A stretch of DNA of 64,000 nucleotides, from contig OX597819.1 in assembly GCA_951406725.2 (NCBI GenBank), positions 30,628,001 to 30,692,000 on the forward strand, given 5' to 3'. Each line of letters starts with the position of its first letter. Position 1 is the first letter of the stretch. The notes beneath the pieces were generated by a model. It was not told where the DNA came from. It saw nothing but the letters and a program-made list of their open reading frames with translations, and searched no databases. The stretch comes from Octopus vulgaris. Lineage: Eukaryota. Below are positions 42,332-57,910 of this stretch, piece by piece. Both the position numbers and the translations under genes were made by a program.

Positions 42332-42379
42332 AAATGTTCTTTATAAAATTATTTTAGCATTTTCTATCTTGACTTGTTT

Positions 42380-42414
<35 letters not shown>

Positions 42415-42653
42415 TTTCATTTCATCTAGTTTCAGCTCACGAGCTGTGGCCATGCTGGGGCACCGCCATATATATATATATATATATATATATGGAGAGA
42501 GAGAGAGAGAGAGAGGGGGGGAGACAGACAGACAGACATACAGACAGACAGACAGACAGATAGACAGAGACAAAGATAGACAGGCAGACAGACAGAGAAA
42601 GAGACACGTAAGATTCAAAACTAGATAGTAACAAAATTGTAGATATATATATA

Positions 42654-43037
42654 TCTCTCTCTATATAAACGGCAGTTTGTCTGTGTGTGTGTCTGTGTGT
42701 CTGTTTGGTTGTACCCTCACATTGACCACGGCTTTCAACCGATTCTGATGAAACTTGACACACACATAGCCCAATGTCATAATTCAAAACTAATGCAGCG
42801 AAAATTTTGAAAAGTTCCCCCAGTTCTGAAAAAAATCGATAAATTCGACATGGGGTCGAGAATCAGAAACACAAACCACAGACTGTCTAGGGGACGCAAC
42901 TCGACCTTTTTTAACTAAAAAAAAAATTTACTATCATTTTTTTTCCGTTTCTTTGCTATTTTTTGGCTATAACTCTCTAAAAATGCTTTATAGTTATTTC
43001 CCTTACAAACCTGAGCAACGCCGGGCGATACTGCTAG
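42654..43037 (+). mobile_element. Non-autonomous Helitron
   Basis: A/TC start, subterminal hairpin CCTGAGCAACGCCGGG, CTAG/T end; 3' end shared with copies at 49588 and 51337. Confidence 0.8.
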
Positions 43038-43109
<72 letters not shown>

Positions 43110-43364
43110 AAAGAACCTGTTTAGAAAGACATATTCTTGTTTGTTCCTGCTGAAGGAAGAAAAGTTATTTTCATGAAGCAAAACCTAATGGAAGTTGCAA
43201 ACATCGTCAACCTACTTCTTACGCTTAGAGGTAACATTAGACGTGGCTTCGAGTTTCTAATGGAAATCTTGATGGTGAGTATTCGTAAGTTTAATAATGA
43301 AGAAGAAAGAAGTTTTTCTATGAGTTGTTTGGCGTAGCAAGGTCTGTGTTTCGGAACTCTTGCA

Positions 43365-43565
43365 AGCATGGCTGTGTGGTAAGAAGCTTGCTTCCCAACC
43401 ACATGGTTCTCGGTTCAGTCCCAATGCGTAATACTCTTGGCAAATGTTTTCTACAGAAGCCTCAGACCAACAAAAGCCTTGTGAGTGGGTTTGGTAGACG
43501 GAGACTGAAAGACAAGAAGCCTGTCGTGTGTGTGTGTGGTGTATGTATGTGTGTGTGTGTGTGTG

Positions 43566-43609
<44 letters not shown>

Positions 43610-43885
43610 TGTGTGTGTGTCTGTGTCTGTGTCTATGTCTCTGTGTCTGTGTGCATGTGTGTTTTTGTCTGTGTTTCCCCACCACCACCACCACCACCGC
43701 TTGACAAGCGGTGTTAGTCTGTTTACGTCCTCGTAACTGAGCGGTTTAGAAAAAGAGGCCTATAAAATAAGTACTATGCTTTAAAAAAAAATAAGTACTG
43801 GGATCGATACATTCGACCAAAATTTCTCCAATGTAATGCCCCAACAGGACCTCAGTCTAATGACTGAAGCAAGTAAAACATAAAG
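43365..43885 (+). mobile_element. SINE family A, older diverged copy
   Basis: Head, internal (TG)n and tail are recognisable. Confidence 0.8.
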
Positions 43886-44823
43886 AAATAAGTTTGTCTA
43901 TGAGTTACTTGACTAAGCAAGGTGTGTGTTTTGGAGCTTTTGCCTGAAAAGACTGCTCAGAATTTTCTTTAAAATAATTATGTAGTAAGGATAAATATCA
44001 ATAAAAATAAAGCCACAATCATGCTAAGACCTTGGTGAGCTGTGTCTGCTGTTTTAATTGAGGTCCTTCAACTTAATTCATTAATATTCAAATCTGAACT
44101 GACTTAGATACTTAATTACTCTGTGTAGAAACGATTTTGCCCTGTTATTTCTTATTTGCTTACCGCAAGAAAGTATGAAAAATGGCAAATATTTCCTTCA
44201 AACTTTGCTTTTGTTACATTTATTCTAACACCAAAGAATCTCTCTCGACACATTGTTACGATGCTCCCTCACTATTCCTGCTCATGATCAGAGATGCACA
44301 TATTGTCAGCCACTAAGGGACATGCTCAAGTGGTTAAGGTCAAGAAAGTGACTAGTGAGATATTGAGCAGAATATTTGCTTTAACGATATTTCTGCTTCA
44401 TTAACTGAGCGCCGAATCTGTCTGAAATGTAATGGAAAATAGGTCAATTTCAAAACATTGATGTCTAGGTCCCAAAAGCAAAGTTCGAAGGGAATAGTAA
44501 TCACTTTCTTTCTAGATCTCTAGATAGAAGCAAATAGGAAATAGCGTTTGCTGACCAAATGTCACAGAGTGTTATAAGTTCAAGATCCTCTTTATAAAAC
44601 CATAAATGTCATAATCCCATGGGTCTAATGCTTACTTTAGAAAGACTGTTGTCAGGGCAACAAGTATCGTATCTGAATCTATCGCAGACTTACTTATTTG
44701 AGTAAATATCTCGTTCTGATACTATTTCATTTAATTTACATTACTGAAACCTTTGGGGGAACTATATAAGCTATACAATCTCATTCCCTTCTCTTATCCA
44801 TTTCATGGTGTCAGTTATCTCGT

Positions 44824-44888
<65 letters not shown>

Positions 44889-45023
44889 TGAAAAGGGAGA
44901 AAGAGAATTTCGATTATCCTCACGTGGTGAGTTGTAATGCAAAACATGTATATAAAATAAAAGAAGGAAAATGCACACAGTTTACATAGTTTTAATATGT
45001 TTTAAATGGAAAAGTATTGTGGT

Positions 45024-45056
45024 TGTCGACCGGTTTCGCTTTCGCTAATCATGACA
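45024..45056 (-). ncRNA. Decayed hammerhead motif
   Basis: Minus strand tgtc-ATGATTA-GC-GAAA-GC-GAAA-CCGG-TC-gaca. Confidence 0.45.
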
Positions 45057-45427
45057 TTGAAATTATTGTAATTTCTTATTTTCTTAAGAAGATTTTAGTC
45101 CAGGTTCTTGTATGAAAGTTTGTGAATGAATCAACAAGAAGAAAATCTAAGGGGAGGTAACTGGTGATAGTTATTACTCGGGACAGGGAAGGCAATTGCT
45201 CATTTTGAGGGTGGGATAAATAAACATACAAAAACTCATAATCTAAAGAGATGAGATGAAATATGTACAGTGATGGGTATGTGATTATGAATTAAAATAT
45301 ATACTGGTTATGCGTTCATATGTAGGCGTGCTCTGTATTTTTCGATAAATATATATTCTTTATTTAAACGTTCTTGTACAGAAATTGTTTCTTTGCACTG
45401 GTAGATGGAAAAACTGTGAAATTTCTT

Positions 45428-45458
<31 letters not shown>

Positions 45459-46204
45459 GTTGATCGTTTTCAACCATCACCAGTACCACCACCATCGCCA
45501 CCACAACTGCCATACACAAACCATTCTAACTTCTGGTGCTACCACCTTTGACCTCGCCTTTGACTTCACTCCTTCCCCTTCACCACCATCACCACTCTTT
45601 TTCATATCGCTTACTATCACCATTGTCCATGACTGCTTCACCTACCACCGCCACCACCATCATTACCAACGCCTCCGCCTCTATCACAACTACAGCTCAT
45701 ACTATTACTATCACCCCATTATCATCACAACTGTCAATCTACTACCGTCTCTATGCCTACTATTACACTGACCCCAACATGAGCAATAGTAGGAGTGTCA
45801 TTGAATAGTAAATGAGGGCGTTGAAGTGTGACACACTGACACACAGAAATTAGTTTTCGCATTTATTATATTAGATATACATATATAGTATATTATAGTA
45901 AAGCATAGTATAGTGTGGTATATTATATTATATATAGTTATACATATATAACCACACACGCACATACATACATACCTACATACATGCATACATACATACA
46001 TACACACATACATACATCTGAGACCGCCTTCGGTCTCACAACCTCACAACCTCGAGCTCACAACCTCACGATCGTAAGCTCGACGCTCTAACCACTGAGC
46101 CATGCGCCATACATACATACATACATACATACATACATACATACATACATACATACATACATACATACATACATACATACATACATACATACATACATGC
46201 ATAC

Positions 46205-46625
46205 ATGGGATATGTAACACACTGGCTAAATATCAACCTTGAGAAATTAGTCTTCTCAAAACCAGAAAGGAGAAAGCTAATTCGAAGACTACAGATCCAA
46301 TCCATCACTAGAGCTATTAAAATCTGTAAAACTTTCCAGAAGTTTATCATTTAAATATATATGAGCATGTCTAGATATGCGACTATATGCATGAGAAGAC
46401 ATACAAAGTATACAAATCTGCCCATATACATACATACATACATACATACATACATACATACATACATACATACATACATACATACATACATACATACATA
46501 CATACATACATACATACATGCAAAAATACCCTGTTGCTGATGTTAAAATTCCAATGAAGGAACCTTGAATGTAGGTTAGAAATCAACTCTTTCCCTATTG
46601 GCAAGAAATCTTGAAATAAAACTTA
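46205..46625 (+). mobile_element. 3' end of an RLE-type (R4/Dong-like) non-LTR element within (CATA)n
   Basis: GYVTHWLNINLEKL...LIRRLQIQSIT.AIKICKTFQKF* resembles RLE element C-termini; followed by a 3' UTR with (CATA)n and AATAAA. Confidence 0.5.
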
Positions 46626-46933
46626 TGCATACATAAGTAAGTACGTACAAATATCGCCATACACCAACAGAATGTATTATTAAACGCTTCCCATCTTTAG
46701 AACTGAGGGTTTTTATGAGAAGAACAGATGGAAGGCTTTGACTTTGAAAGAGAGCGAATGAGACCATATATCTAAACTAAAATTCGACTTCAAAACACAA
46801 TGCCTTTCTTCAACACACTTCTTGCCAAATTCGAACAGGACTTCTTCCAGTTAATAGGGAACGTTACCTACGTAAACAATTCTAACACTTCCCAGAAAAA
46901 CCTTCAAGAACAAACTATTATTTTTCTAAAACA

Positions 46934-47330
46934 AGGCAGGGGTCTGGCAGAATCGTTAGCACGCCAGGCGAAATGCTTAGCGGTATTTCGTCTGCCGCTA
47001 CGTTCTGAGTTCAAATTCCGCCGAGATCGACTTTGCCTTTCATCCTTTCGGGGTCGATTAAATAAGTAACAGTTACGCACTGGGGTTGATATAATTGACT
47101 TAATCTGTTTGTCTGTCCTTGTTTGTCCTCTCTGTGTTTAGCCCCTTGTGGGTAGTAAAAAAATAGGTATTTCGCCTGTCGCTACGTTCTGAGTTCAGAT
47201 TCCGCCGAGATTGACTTTACCTTTTATCCTTTCGGGGTAGATAAATTAAATATCAGTTGGGTACTAGAGTCGGTGTAATCGACTATCCCCCTCCCCAAAA
47301 TTTCAGGCCTTGTGCCTATAATAGAAAGGG
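46934..47330 (+). mobile_element. Composite (dimeric) SINE family B
   Basis: Same two-unit architecture as 10764..11132; flanked by TTTTCTAAAAC. Confidence 0.85.
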
Positions 47331-48365
47331 TTATTATTTTCTAAAACCAACGAGGTTCGCGTACTTTTGCATAAAATAAAAATTTTATATGAAACAAACC
47401 CCATTCCATAAAAAAATTTTTTTGAACACTATTGTTACCATTAAACAGACACCTCAAAAAATTACCAGAAATATAGGTATAGTTGATTGAGAAGAATCAC
47501 AAGCACGAACGAACCCAAGCAAAAAATATCAATAACCTATTTCTTTACTACCCCCAAGGGGCTAAACATAGAGAAGACAAACAAGGACAGACAAAGGGAT
47601 TAAGTCGATTATATCAACCCCAGTGCGTAACTGGTACTTAATTTATCGACCCCGAAAGGATGAAAGGCAACCGCAAACTCAACTCCCACACAAATTCGAC
47701 CAAGCCCCCAGCTAGTTTAAAATCAGCGAGACAATTTTTGACAGAATAATCCCCACCTTTAAGGGACTATTGAGGAACCCTTAGACAAAATAATCCCCGC
47801 CGTTAAGAGATTGCTAAGGGACCTCGCTGTCACCAATTTCTAGTTCATTGTCCTAATAAACAATTCTACGATGAACATTTCTTTCCTATCTCTGAGGAGC
47901 CTAGGGGCATTACCAGGAAAAACTTATTCTCGTTCAACAACACTGCCTGGATTAATAAATAAAACACTTTCTACTTCAACATGGGCTCCTCTGATTCCCC
48001 TGATGTAAGTAATATAGCTGGCTTCCTTCTCATCCCCAAAATACACCCTAAATTGCCATCAATCGACGGAGACCTCGAAAGAAATGGTAATCTTCTTATC
48101 ATTCAAAAACTGCCAATAGATTTAGAAAAGATTTTGCCTTTCTCATTTACTCTCTTTACTCTTTTACTTGTTTCGGTCATTTGACTGCGGCCATGCTGGA
48201 ACACCGCCTTTAGTCGAACAAATCGACCCCAAGGACTTATTCTTTGGAAGCCTAGTACTTATTCTATCGGTAAAATTCGGTTTTAACATAGCAGTATATT
48301 TACATATCAGTATGCCTGAGTGTCTATATGCTTCTTATGTGTATGTGTATATATATATATATATA

Positions 48366-48581
48366 TATTTCTTTACTACCCACAAGGAGCTAAACACAGA
48401 GGAGACAAACAAGGACAGACAAAAGGATTAAGTCAATTATATCGACCCCAGTGCGTAACTGGTACTTAATTTATCGACCCCGAAAGGATGAAAGGCAAAG
48501 TCGACCTCGGCGGAATTTGAACTCAGAACGTAACGGCAGACGAAATACGGCTATGCATTTCGCCCGGCGTGCAAACGTTTC

Positions 48582-48585
<4 letters not shown>
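48366..48585 (-). mobile_element. SINE family B
   Basis: Matches 31184..31408; further fragments at 47537..47670 (B) and 48150..48270 (A tail). Confidence 0.88.
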
Positions 48586-48669
<84 letters not shown>

Positions 48670-48947
48670 GTGTGTTTGTGTGAGTGTGTATATATGTATG
48701 TGTATGTGCATATATATTTATATATATGTATGTATTTATTTATTTAAACATGCACCTGTGTTTGCATCTGTCGAGCTCTGAGCATGAATTCCTTCTCTTC
48801 CCTCTTGCATACACACAATCCCCTGTTCCTCTCTGCCTCGCGATTCTAATCACCATTCTGCTTCAGCCTGGCTCATCTTCATTTCCTTTCCCACTCACTA
48901 CTAAATGTTTTATATTCTATCGCTTACTTGTTTCAGTCATTAGACTA

Positions 48948-49228
48948 GGAAGCACTCCGTCGGTTACGACGACGAGGGTTCCGGTTGATCCGATCAACGG
49001 AACAGCCTGCTCGTCAAATTAACGTGTAAGTGGCTGAGCACTCCACAGACACGTGTACCCTTACCGTAGTTCTCGGGGATATTCAGCGTGACACAGAGAG
49101 TGACAAGGCCGGCCCTTTGAAATACAGGTACAACAGAAAGAAGAAGTAAGAGTGAGAGAAAGTTGTGGTGAAAGAGTACAGCAGGGTCCGCCACCATCCC
49201 CTGCCGAAACCTTGTGGAGCATTAGATG
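48948..49228 (-). mobile_element. SINE family C, 5'-truncated
   Basis: Reverse complement of the 15140..15373 body. Confidence 0.85.
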
Positions 49229-49587
49229 TTTCAGTCGAAGTGGAAACTGAAGTCTGTTTAGTGTAAGTGGAATATTTGCATCAATTGGGCTAAGTTTTGG
49301 GAATTAGCCTGTTACTAATGATTCCTTTACACAAAGTTTATGAAGTGCGACTTCATCTTCTGTCTCCACAAGGAGGGACGAGTGTGTACTGTAATTTACA
49401 TTTACATGAAAAATTTTCTGGATTCGATAAATTACAATATTTACGATATTTTTTTAATATTTTGAGGTGTTCGTGGAGGCAGAAGATAAAGACACCGAAA
49501 AAAACCTTGCTGAAATCGTATTTCAGAGTAATTTCATCACAGTCATTTAAAAGCTACCCGAGGAAATTGCAATGCAAACTGTTTTTA

Positions 49588-49982
49588 TCTTTATATATAA
49601 AAGAGAGGTTGTGTGCTGTCTGTCTCCTACGATTTAGATTCCTAACTACTCCCACATTTTGCGGTGCAGTTTAACCAAAACCGGGTATCTTATAGTCGTG
49701 ATTCATATCGAGCCCTTCTGGGTATTAGCGCGCGTCTACGATGAGTCTACGATTTAAAAATAAATTTACCATCAATTTTTCCCATTTTTAATGCATTTTT
49801 AGCATATATAAGGGAAGTAACTCTCTAAAAATTTATTATTAAATCTCAGAACGTAAAAAGCTACAGTAACACCCCCCTTTGTGGTTAGCCATATTGAGAT
49901 GGCTATTATACTTTTCATCTCTAAAAATGCTTATATAGTTATTTCCCTTACAAACCCGAGCAATGCCGGGCGATACTGCTAG
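49588..49982 (+). mobile_element. Non-autonomous Helitron
   Basis: A/TCTTTATATATAAAA...CCCGAGCAATGCCGGG CGATACTG CTAG/T. Confidence 0.85.
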
Positions 49983-50492
49983 TAGCTAATAAATAAGTAG
50001 AGACGTTTTTTCCCACTTTTTCCAGTTTTCGATGCATTTCTTAAGACATTATATATTGTTGCTGAGATGTTACACCAGTTATTTTGCTGTCCATTTACAA
50101 CTTCTTCGCACTATCCCCACCACGAAATCGAAAAATCATGAAAAAGCGCTCCACCATAGTGTGCATGTGTTAGTGTGCATGCGTAAGTATGTGTGTGTGT
50201 GTGTGTGTGTGTGTTTCCGTTTGAGAAATGAAGTGTTTTGGTTAAGAACACAACGCATCGCTCGGTTTGAGATTCGAATAACGCCCTAAAAACTCGAGAA
50301 AAGCAACAGAATGGAGAGAGTATACCATTATGCCTCCTTGTGACATTAAATGAAATAAAAGATCCTGAAAATTAAAATATACTGAAATAATACAACTAAA
50401 ATAGTTTTTGCATATAAAAATTTGGAATTGCGTAAGCATATTTTACGGTCATTGATTTGTTTGTATGTGTTGACTTACATACTCGCATACAT

Positions 50493-50573
<81 letters not shown>

Positions 50574-50800
50574 CATATGCATAAATTTGCGCGTGACTTC
50601 AGGCTTCCTCTCTATAAACAGATATATAATATTCGTGTGTGTGTGTGTGTGTGTGTGTCTGTGTGTGTCTGTGTGTGTGTGAGTGTGTGTGTGTGAGTGT
50701 GTGTATGAGTGTGTGCGTGTGTATGTGTGTGTGAGTGTGTGTGTGTGAGTGTGTGCGTGTGTACTTGTGTGTGTGTGTGTGTGTGCGTGTGCGTGTGTAC

Positions 50801-50834
<34 letters not shown>

Positions 50835-51336
50835 GTACTTGTGTGTGTGAGAGTGTGTGCGTGTGTATGTGTGTGAGTGTGTGTGTGTGAGTGTGTGTGT
50901 GTGTACTTGTGTGTGTGTGAGTGTGTGCGTGTGTACTTGTGTGTGTGTGTGTGTGTGAGTGTGTGTGTGTACTTGTGTGCATGTGTGTGTACAGGTACGG
51001 GAATTACATTATTGAAACAGGATCTTATCGTGCTATAAACTTAACTATTTTCAAAAAATTGATAATTAATATATTATTAAGTAATTTAATATTTGGTAAT
51101 AAATATTTAATAATAATAATTTGTTAAATACGCCTATGTGAATTTGTTTTCAATTTAAAATGCCATACATAAACCCTCCCTCGATGAGTCTCTCTTTGTA
51201 TCTATATCCTTCTCTCACTCTCACTCTCTCTCTCCCTCTCTCTCACTCTCTCTCCCCCTCTCTCTCTCTCTTTCTGCATACACACACACACATACACACA
51301 CACAAACACACACACACACACACACTCACATATATA

Positions 51337-51632
51337 TCTTTATATATAAAAGTGAAGTTGTGTGTCTGTCTCCTACGATTTAGATTCCTAACTACTCCCA
51401 CATTTTGCGGTGCAGTTTAACCAAAACCGGGTATCTTATAGTCGTGATTCATATCGAGCCCTTCTGGGTATTAGCGCGCGTCTACGATGAGTCAACTATT
51501 TTTTAAAAAATTTACCATCATTTGTTTTCCATTTTAATGCACTTTTTTGCTAGTTTTTGGCTATAACTCTCTAAAAATGCTTATATAGTTATTTCCCTTA
51601 CAAACCCGAGCAACGCCGGGCGATACTGCTAG
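51337..51632 (+). mobile_element. Non-autonomous Helitron
   Basis: 5' about 150 bp nearly identical to the 49588 copy; same hairpin and CTAG end. Confidence 0.85.
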
Positions 51633-52452
51633 TAGTATATACAAATCGCAGTATGTGTGAGTGTAATGACTAACGCATACATTTCCACAATTCTCAACCG
51701 ATTTTCTCCAAACTTTACACATTCATTATGTCCCAAGGATGGTCATGCACTATAACATTTTGCCCAGAACTCCCGCGTAAATGGACGTAAATGGACATTG
51801 TCTTTTCTATGTAAGGTCTCCCATACTTTTTTAATCTTTTTGTAAAAGTGAAAGATTTTGTCTAGTTAGTTACTTCTACTGTGCACCTGCGTTGTGACCC
51901 AGTCAGGAAACAGGATTTGGAAGCTGCCATTTTGTTTTCCTGTATATAAATGTCTATGTTGATTTAAAAGATTTATCCAAAAAATCTTATTTAGCTGTTA
52001 TTTTTAGCACAACACGTTATGTCTCCGGTAATTTTCTCTCATGTAAATAAATGTTTATCTTAATTTAAAAAGTTTTCCAAATTCGTTGTATGTACATAGA
52101 ATATATATAATGATATATATTATTATAGATATATATTGTATTATATTATATTATATTATATTATATTATATTATATTATATTATATTATATTATTCGAAT
52201 GAAAATCTCGTAATGTGCATTTAAGAGTTCTTAAGTCGTAATTTGCTACTGCATGTTATCCTACAGAAGGCTATATTTCAGAGCTAGATACACATGCGGA
52301 ACTCCTCTTTGCATAAGATTAATACAAGAATAATATAACACGACGATGGAAGATATCAGACTTTATAGTTGATCACATTTGTTTCTGCACCACACACCAG
52401 CTTTAAGTTACTGAGCTTACATTCATATACCATTATAGGTCATTCGTTATAA

Positions 52453-53230
<778 letters not shown>

Positions 53231-53329
53231 CAAAACTTTCCGACTATAATAAAAGAATTCTGATATAATACTAAAAACATAGTTTCAGAATCGCTTTAAA
53301 GCAAGATACCCGATCCCAAATCAGAGACC

Positions 53330-53418
<89 letters not shown>

Positions 53419-53882
53419 ATACATACATACATATGAGAGGGATGACCACTATGTGGACAACTCTTACGCTAGAAGTAGATCCGCTATGGTCTTATCACTA
53501 AGAAAAATTTAGCAAATACCAGAACGCAAGAGAGCAAGCCAAATGAAAGTAATAAAAATATAGATTATTCACATACATGTTTCCCTATTAACAGATTACG
53601 TAATTTTACTTACGCAATTTGTCCGTAGATCTTCAGTGTGACCGTCAATACAAATATAATTTGCAGAACTATACATGGAGACGTCCGTATGTATGTATGT
53701 ATGTATGTATGTATGTATGTATGTATGTATGTATGTATGTATGCATGCATGTATAGCCGATTCAAATGAACAATCAATTCAAAAAAGCAATCAGTTAAAA
53801 AAGGAAACGAATAGTAAAACTAGAGGACAACAGCAGGACATGCACAAGGAATATATTAGTTTCACGCTCGACGAAGAGAGAG

Positions 53883-53915
53883 TTTGGCGTTTCGAACATG
53901 GCTCTTCGTTGGAAA
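53883..53915 (-). ncRNA. Decayed minimal hammerhead motif within non-autonomous element at about 53760..53985
   Basis: Minus strand ttt-CCAACGA-A-GAGC-cat-GTTC-GAAA-CG-CC-aaa; flanks homologous to 20160..20355. Confidence 0.55.
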
Positions 53916-54006
53916 AGGGGAAAGAGAAAGTTCGAAAAAGGAAAAGAAATCGCCAACAACATGTGTGTGGTTACATTGCTGTTTTTCTTTCAGTGATCTG
54001 AAGTTG

Positions 54007-54070
<64 letters not shown>

Positions 54071-54269
54071 AGAGTAAATAATATATTTAATGGTTTTTAC
54101 CTCTAAGGAACTATTTTTGTAATGCACATGGTAAAATTTTGGAGGGAAAATTTACGAATTCAATTGTCTATATAGGTTTAGCCTATGCTCGCTTTCTTCC
54201 ACTATTTTGATGTCACCTGGTCCAGGAAGTGGAGGCACGTAGCATTTGATAAATCTATTTTAGTGGAGG

Positions 54270-54335
54270 TTTACGCTGATGAAAGACATGAAATATATAT
54301 TCATAATATTTCTAATCTAGAAACGCGTTAGTAAA
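54270..54335 (+). ncRNA. Type-I hammerhead motif (canonical core)
   Basis: tttacg-CTGATGA-AAGA..TCTA-GAAA-CGCG-TT-agtaaa; downstream CTGCTATTTCTAA..TTTCGGTATGC shared with the 36.8-37.0 kb unit. Confidence 0.7.
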
Positions 54336-54512
54336 TGACCGTCAGACTTTGTTTTCCTTATTTATTCCTTCTGTTTTGCATATGTGAATTACAGGGATAT
54401 GTCGTATGTGGAGTCTCATTTGTAGAAAATAGAAATAAACAGTCTCTGACTGCTATTTCTAATTTTTTCGGTATGCGGCTAAGCAACCTGTTGCCTGCTT
54501 CTTTTATTTATA

Positions 54513-54551
<39 letters not shown>

Positions 54552-54561
54552 TGCCTGTCTA

Positions 54562-54639
<78 letters not shown>

Positions 54640-54831
54640 CAAGTAAAGGTAATAAACCTCATTAAGGGATCATAAATCCAATGAAAATATTGGTTAGTTA
54701 CTAATCTATAGATAGTTCAACATAAGGTAACCATATAAACCGTGGTTCACATTTTTATATATTTAAAGAACAAGAAGAAAATGGAGAGGTAATTAATAAA
54801 ATTATTTATTGATTATAAAATATGACAACAT

Positions 54832-54902
54832 CTCTGACAGCTGTTTCGATTCAGAAATCTTTAGATAATTAACTTCACTATAAGATGGATTTCTTCAGAG
54901 GT
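54832..54902 (-). ncRNA. Type-I hammerhead motif (palindromic stem III CAGCTG, GUC site)
   Basis: Minus strand acct-CTGAAGA-AATCC...GAATC-GAAA-CAGCTG-TC-agag; stems I and II partly decayed. Confidence 0.58.
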
Positions 54903-54957
54903 AGTAAAGATATACCGATTAGAAATACATATTAAGATAAGGGCTTATTCTTTATAT

Positions 54958-55498
<541 letters not shown>

Positions 55499-56219
55499 CT
55501 ACAGTGATCTGAAGTTGTTTCCTATATATATGAAACAACTTCAGATCACTGAAAGAAAACCAGATTTATCCTACCTTTTCTCCATAGTAAACTGAATGCT
55601 ATCATCACATTGGCTCTTTGTTAAATTCACAAGTCTACCCAAAACTTCTTCCCATAGGATAAAACAATAGTCTAAACATTTTGTCCAATTTTCTTTGAAA
55701 TAATTATAAAAATGGTTTCCAGATTCCTAACTGGATTTTCCATATATTTGTATCTGAAGGCTTTCTATTACTAAAGCTGCATTCCTTCGGACGATAAAAG
55801 TTCTTAATATCTATCTATATCTTTTATCTTTTACTTGTTTCTTTGGACTGCGGTCATGCTGGGGCACCACCTTAAAACGTTTAATGGAACAACTCGACCC
55901 CAGTACTTATTTTTTAAGCCTGGTATTTAATCTATCGCTTACTTTTTGCCGAACTACTAGGTTGCGGGGACGTAAACAAGGCGGTTACCAGGCGTTAGGG
56001 GGAAGGCGAGCTTAAACACAGAGACATACCCATAGATATATGAACATATATATACATGCTTACATATGTGCGTGTGTGCATATGTGCGTGTGTGCATATG
56101 TGCGTTTGTGCATATGTGCGTGTGTGATTGTGTATACATACATACATACATACATACATACATACATACATACATACATACATACATACATACATACATA
56201 CATACATACATACATACAT

Positions 56220-56481
56220 ACGTGCACCCTTAACGTAGTTCTCGGGGAGATTCAGCGTGACACAGTGTGTGACAAGGCTGGCCCTTTGAAATACAGGTAC
56301 AACATAAACAGGAAGAAAGAGTGAGAGAAAGTTGTGGTAAAAGAGTACAGCAGGGTCCGCCACCATCCCCTGCCGAAACCTTGTGGAGCTTTAGGTGTTT
56401 TCGCTCAATAAACTGTCACAACGCCCGGTCTGGAAATCGAAACCGTGATCCTACGACCGCGAATCCGCTACCCTAACCACT
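56220..56481 (-). mobile_element. SINE family C (head and body)
   Basis: Reverse complement of 15045..15270. Confidence 0.85.
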
Positions 56482-56885
56482 GTGCTCGCATTATCAGTAT
56501 CCTCTGTTTATACACGTTCGTTTAATTTACTTGTATTTATTTCATTCATTTGTTTATATCTACTTGTTTTTTCTTTCTATTTTTTGGTATTTAATTTAAT
56601 TTGATTTATTTTGTTAAAGTATATAGTTATTTAATTCCATTTATTTATCTGTGTATTGTATTGTATTCATATTATTATCAGTTTATGGGGATCTTATTCT
56701 GTCATAGGTTGTGGTGTGTTGGCTGTGTGTGCTAGTGTTCCATTCATCCATTAATAAAATAAATTAAATTAAAAAATAGGAAGAAAAAGAAAAGTAAGTA
56801 GATATACAAATGAATAAAATAAATAAAAGTAAATTAAACGAACGTGTATAAACAGGGGATACTGATAAGGCAGTCATATTTCCAC

Positions 56886-56923
<38 letters not shown>

Positions 56924-57703
56924 ACTAAACATAGACACACACACAGGGATATATATATGCATGCGCAAATAAAGACACATACAATAGCAATACAAACGGC
57001 AGATCATTAGTAAGGAGAGACACACAAAAAAGAAAGAAGAAAGCAAAGGACCACTGATGAGGTCACAGAAGTGAGAGGAAAGAACTCTGGTCGAAATACA
57101 ATTAATATAAAATAAAGCTGAAGCAAGTGAACACCAAATATATAGTGCGTGTGTCTTTATTGGCTAAACCAGCAACATGACAATATATATACAACAATAT
57201 ATATATATATAGTTATTCGCGACGGAAATAGTATTAGTAACGAATAGCAATTTTTATATCCTACTTAACGTAGATATAATTTAAGAATTCCATAAAACTG
57301 CGGTATTCGACCTGAGATGGCATCTCGCATCATCGCACCGCTAGATCTCATAATTTCAGAGTGCTTGCGCTTCCTCTGCAGCAAGTATCCACTATCACGT
57401 TTGCTAGCCAAATTTCGGCTGTACTGAAATACAGTAAAACAGAGACTAGTCACTGGTGTCGCAAACAGAAGGTAGGCTAGGCAAAAATATTTCTGTACAT
57501 CAGTACAGATGAAATTGGGCTAGTATATGGTGTTAGCGAATACCTATGCTGATGGCGCGCGAACACGCTGAAATCACACGATCTATCTGTTCCACCGCCG
57601 GTGCTGGACATTTTTTGTCCGCTGCTGATATTCTGTACTTTTTGGCACTATGCGATCTCGTGACTCCAGAAAACATTTATTAAACCAAAAGTGTATTGTT
57701 TCT

Positions 57704-57910
57704 TATTGTAGGGATAATAGTAATAATTATACACCCCTCACCCTTGACGAGTGGTATGTTCTAGTTGCTATAAATAAAGTAATGTCGGTCAGTATAGGAA
57801 AAGAATACGAAGTAGACAGGCCGTAGACAGTCGTGTCTTTACTGGTCTAACAACTATACTGCTATACTGATGAGGGCGTTATAACAATCCGAGAATAAAG
57901 GATGACAACA
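57704..57910 (+). repeat. 5' LTR
   Basis: Direct repeat of 62166..62370; ends in CA immediately before the PBS. Confidence 0.9.

Noticed and set aside
42745-42760. CTGATGAAAC inside the Helitron (and CTGATGA in the 5' LTR at about 57867)
   Set aside because: No stem II/GAAA/stem I arrangement; the motif is not conserved in the 3' LTR.
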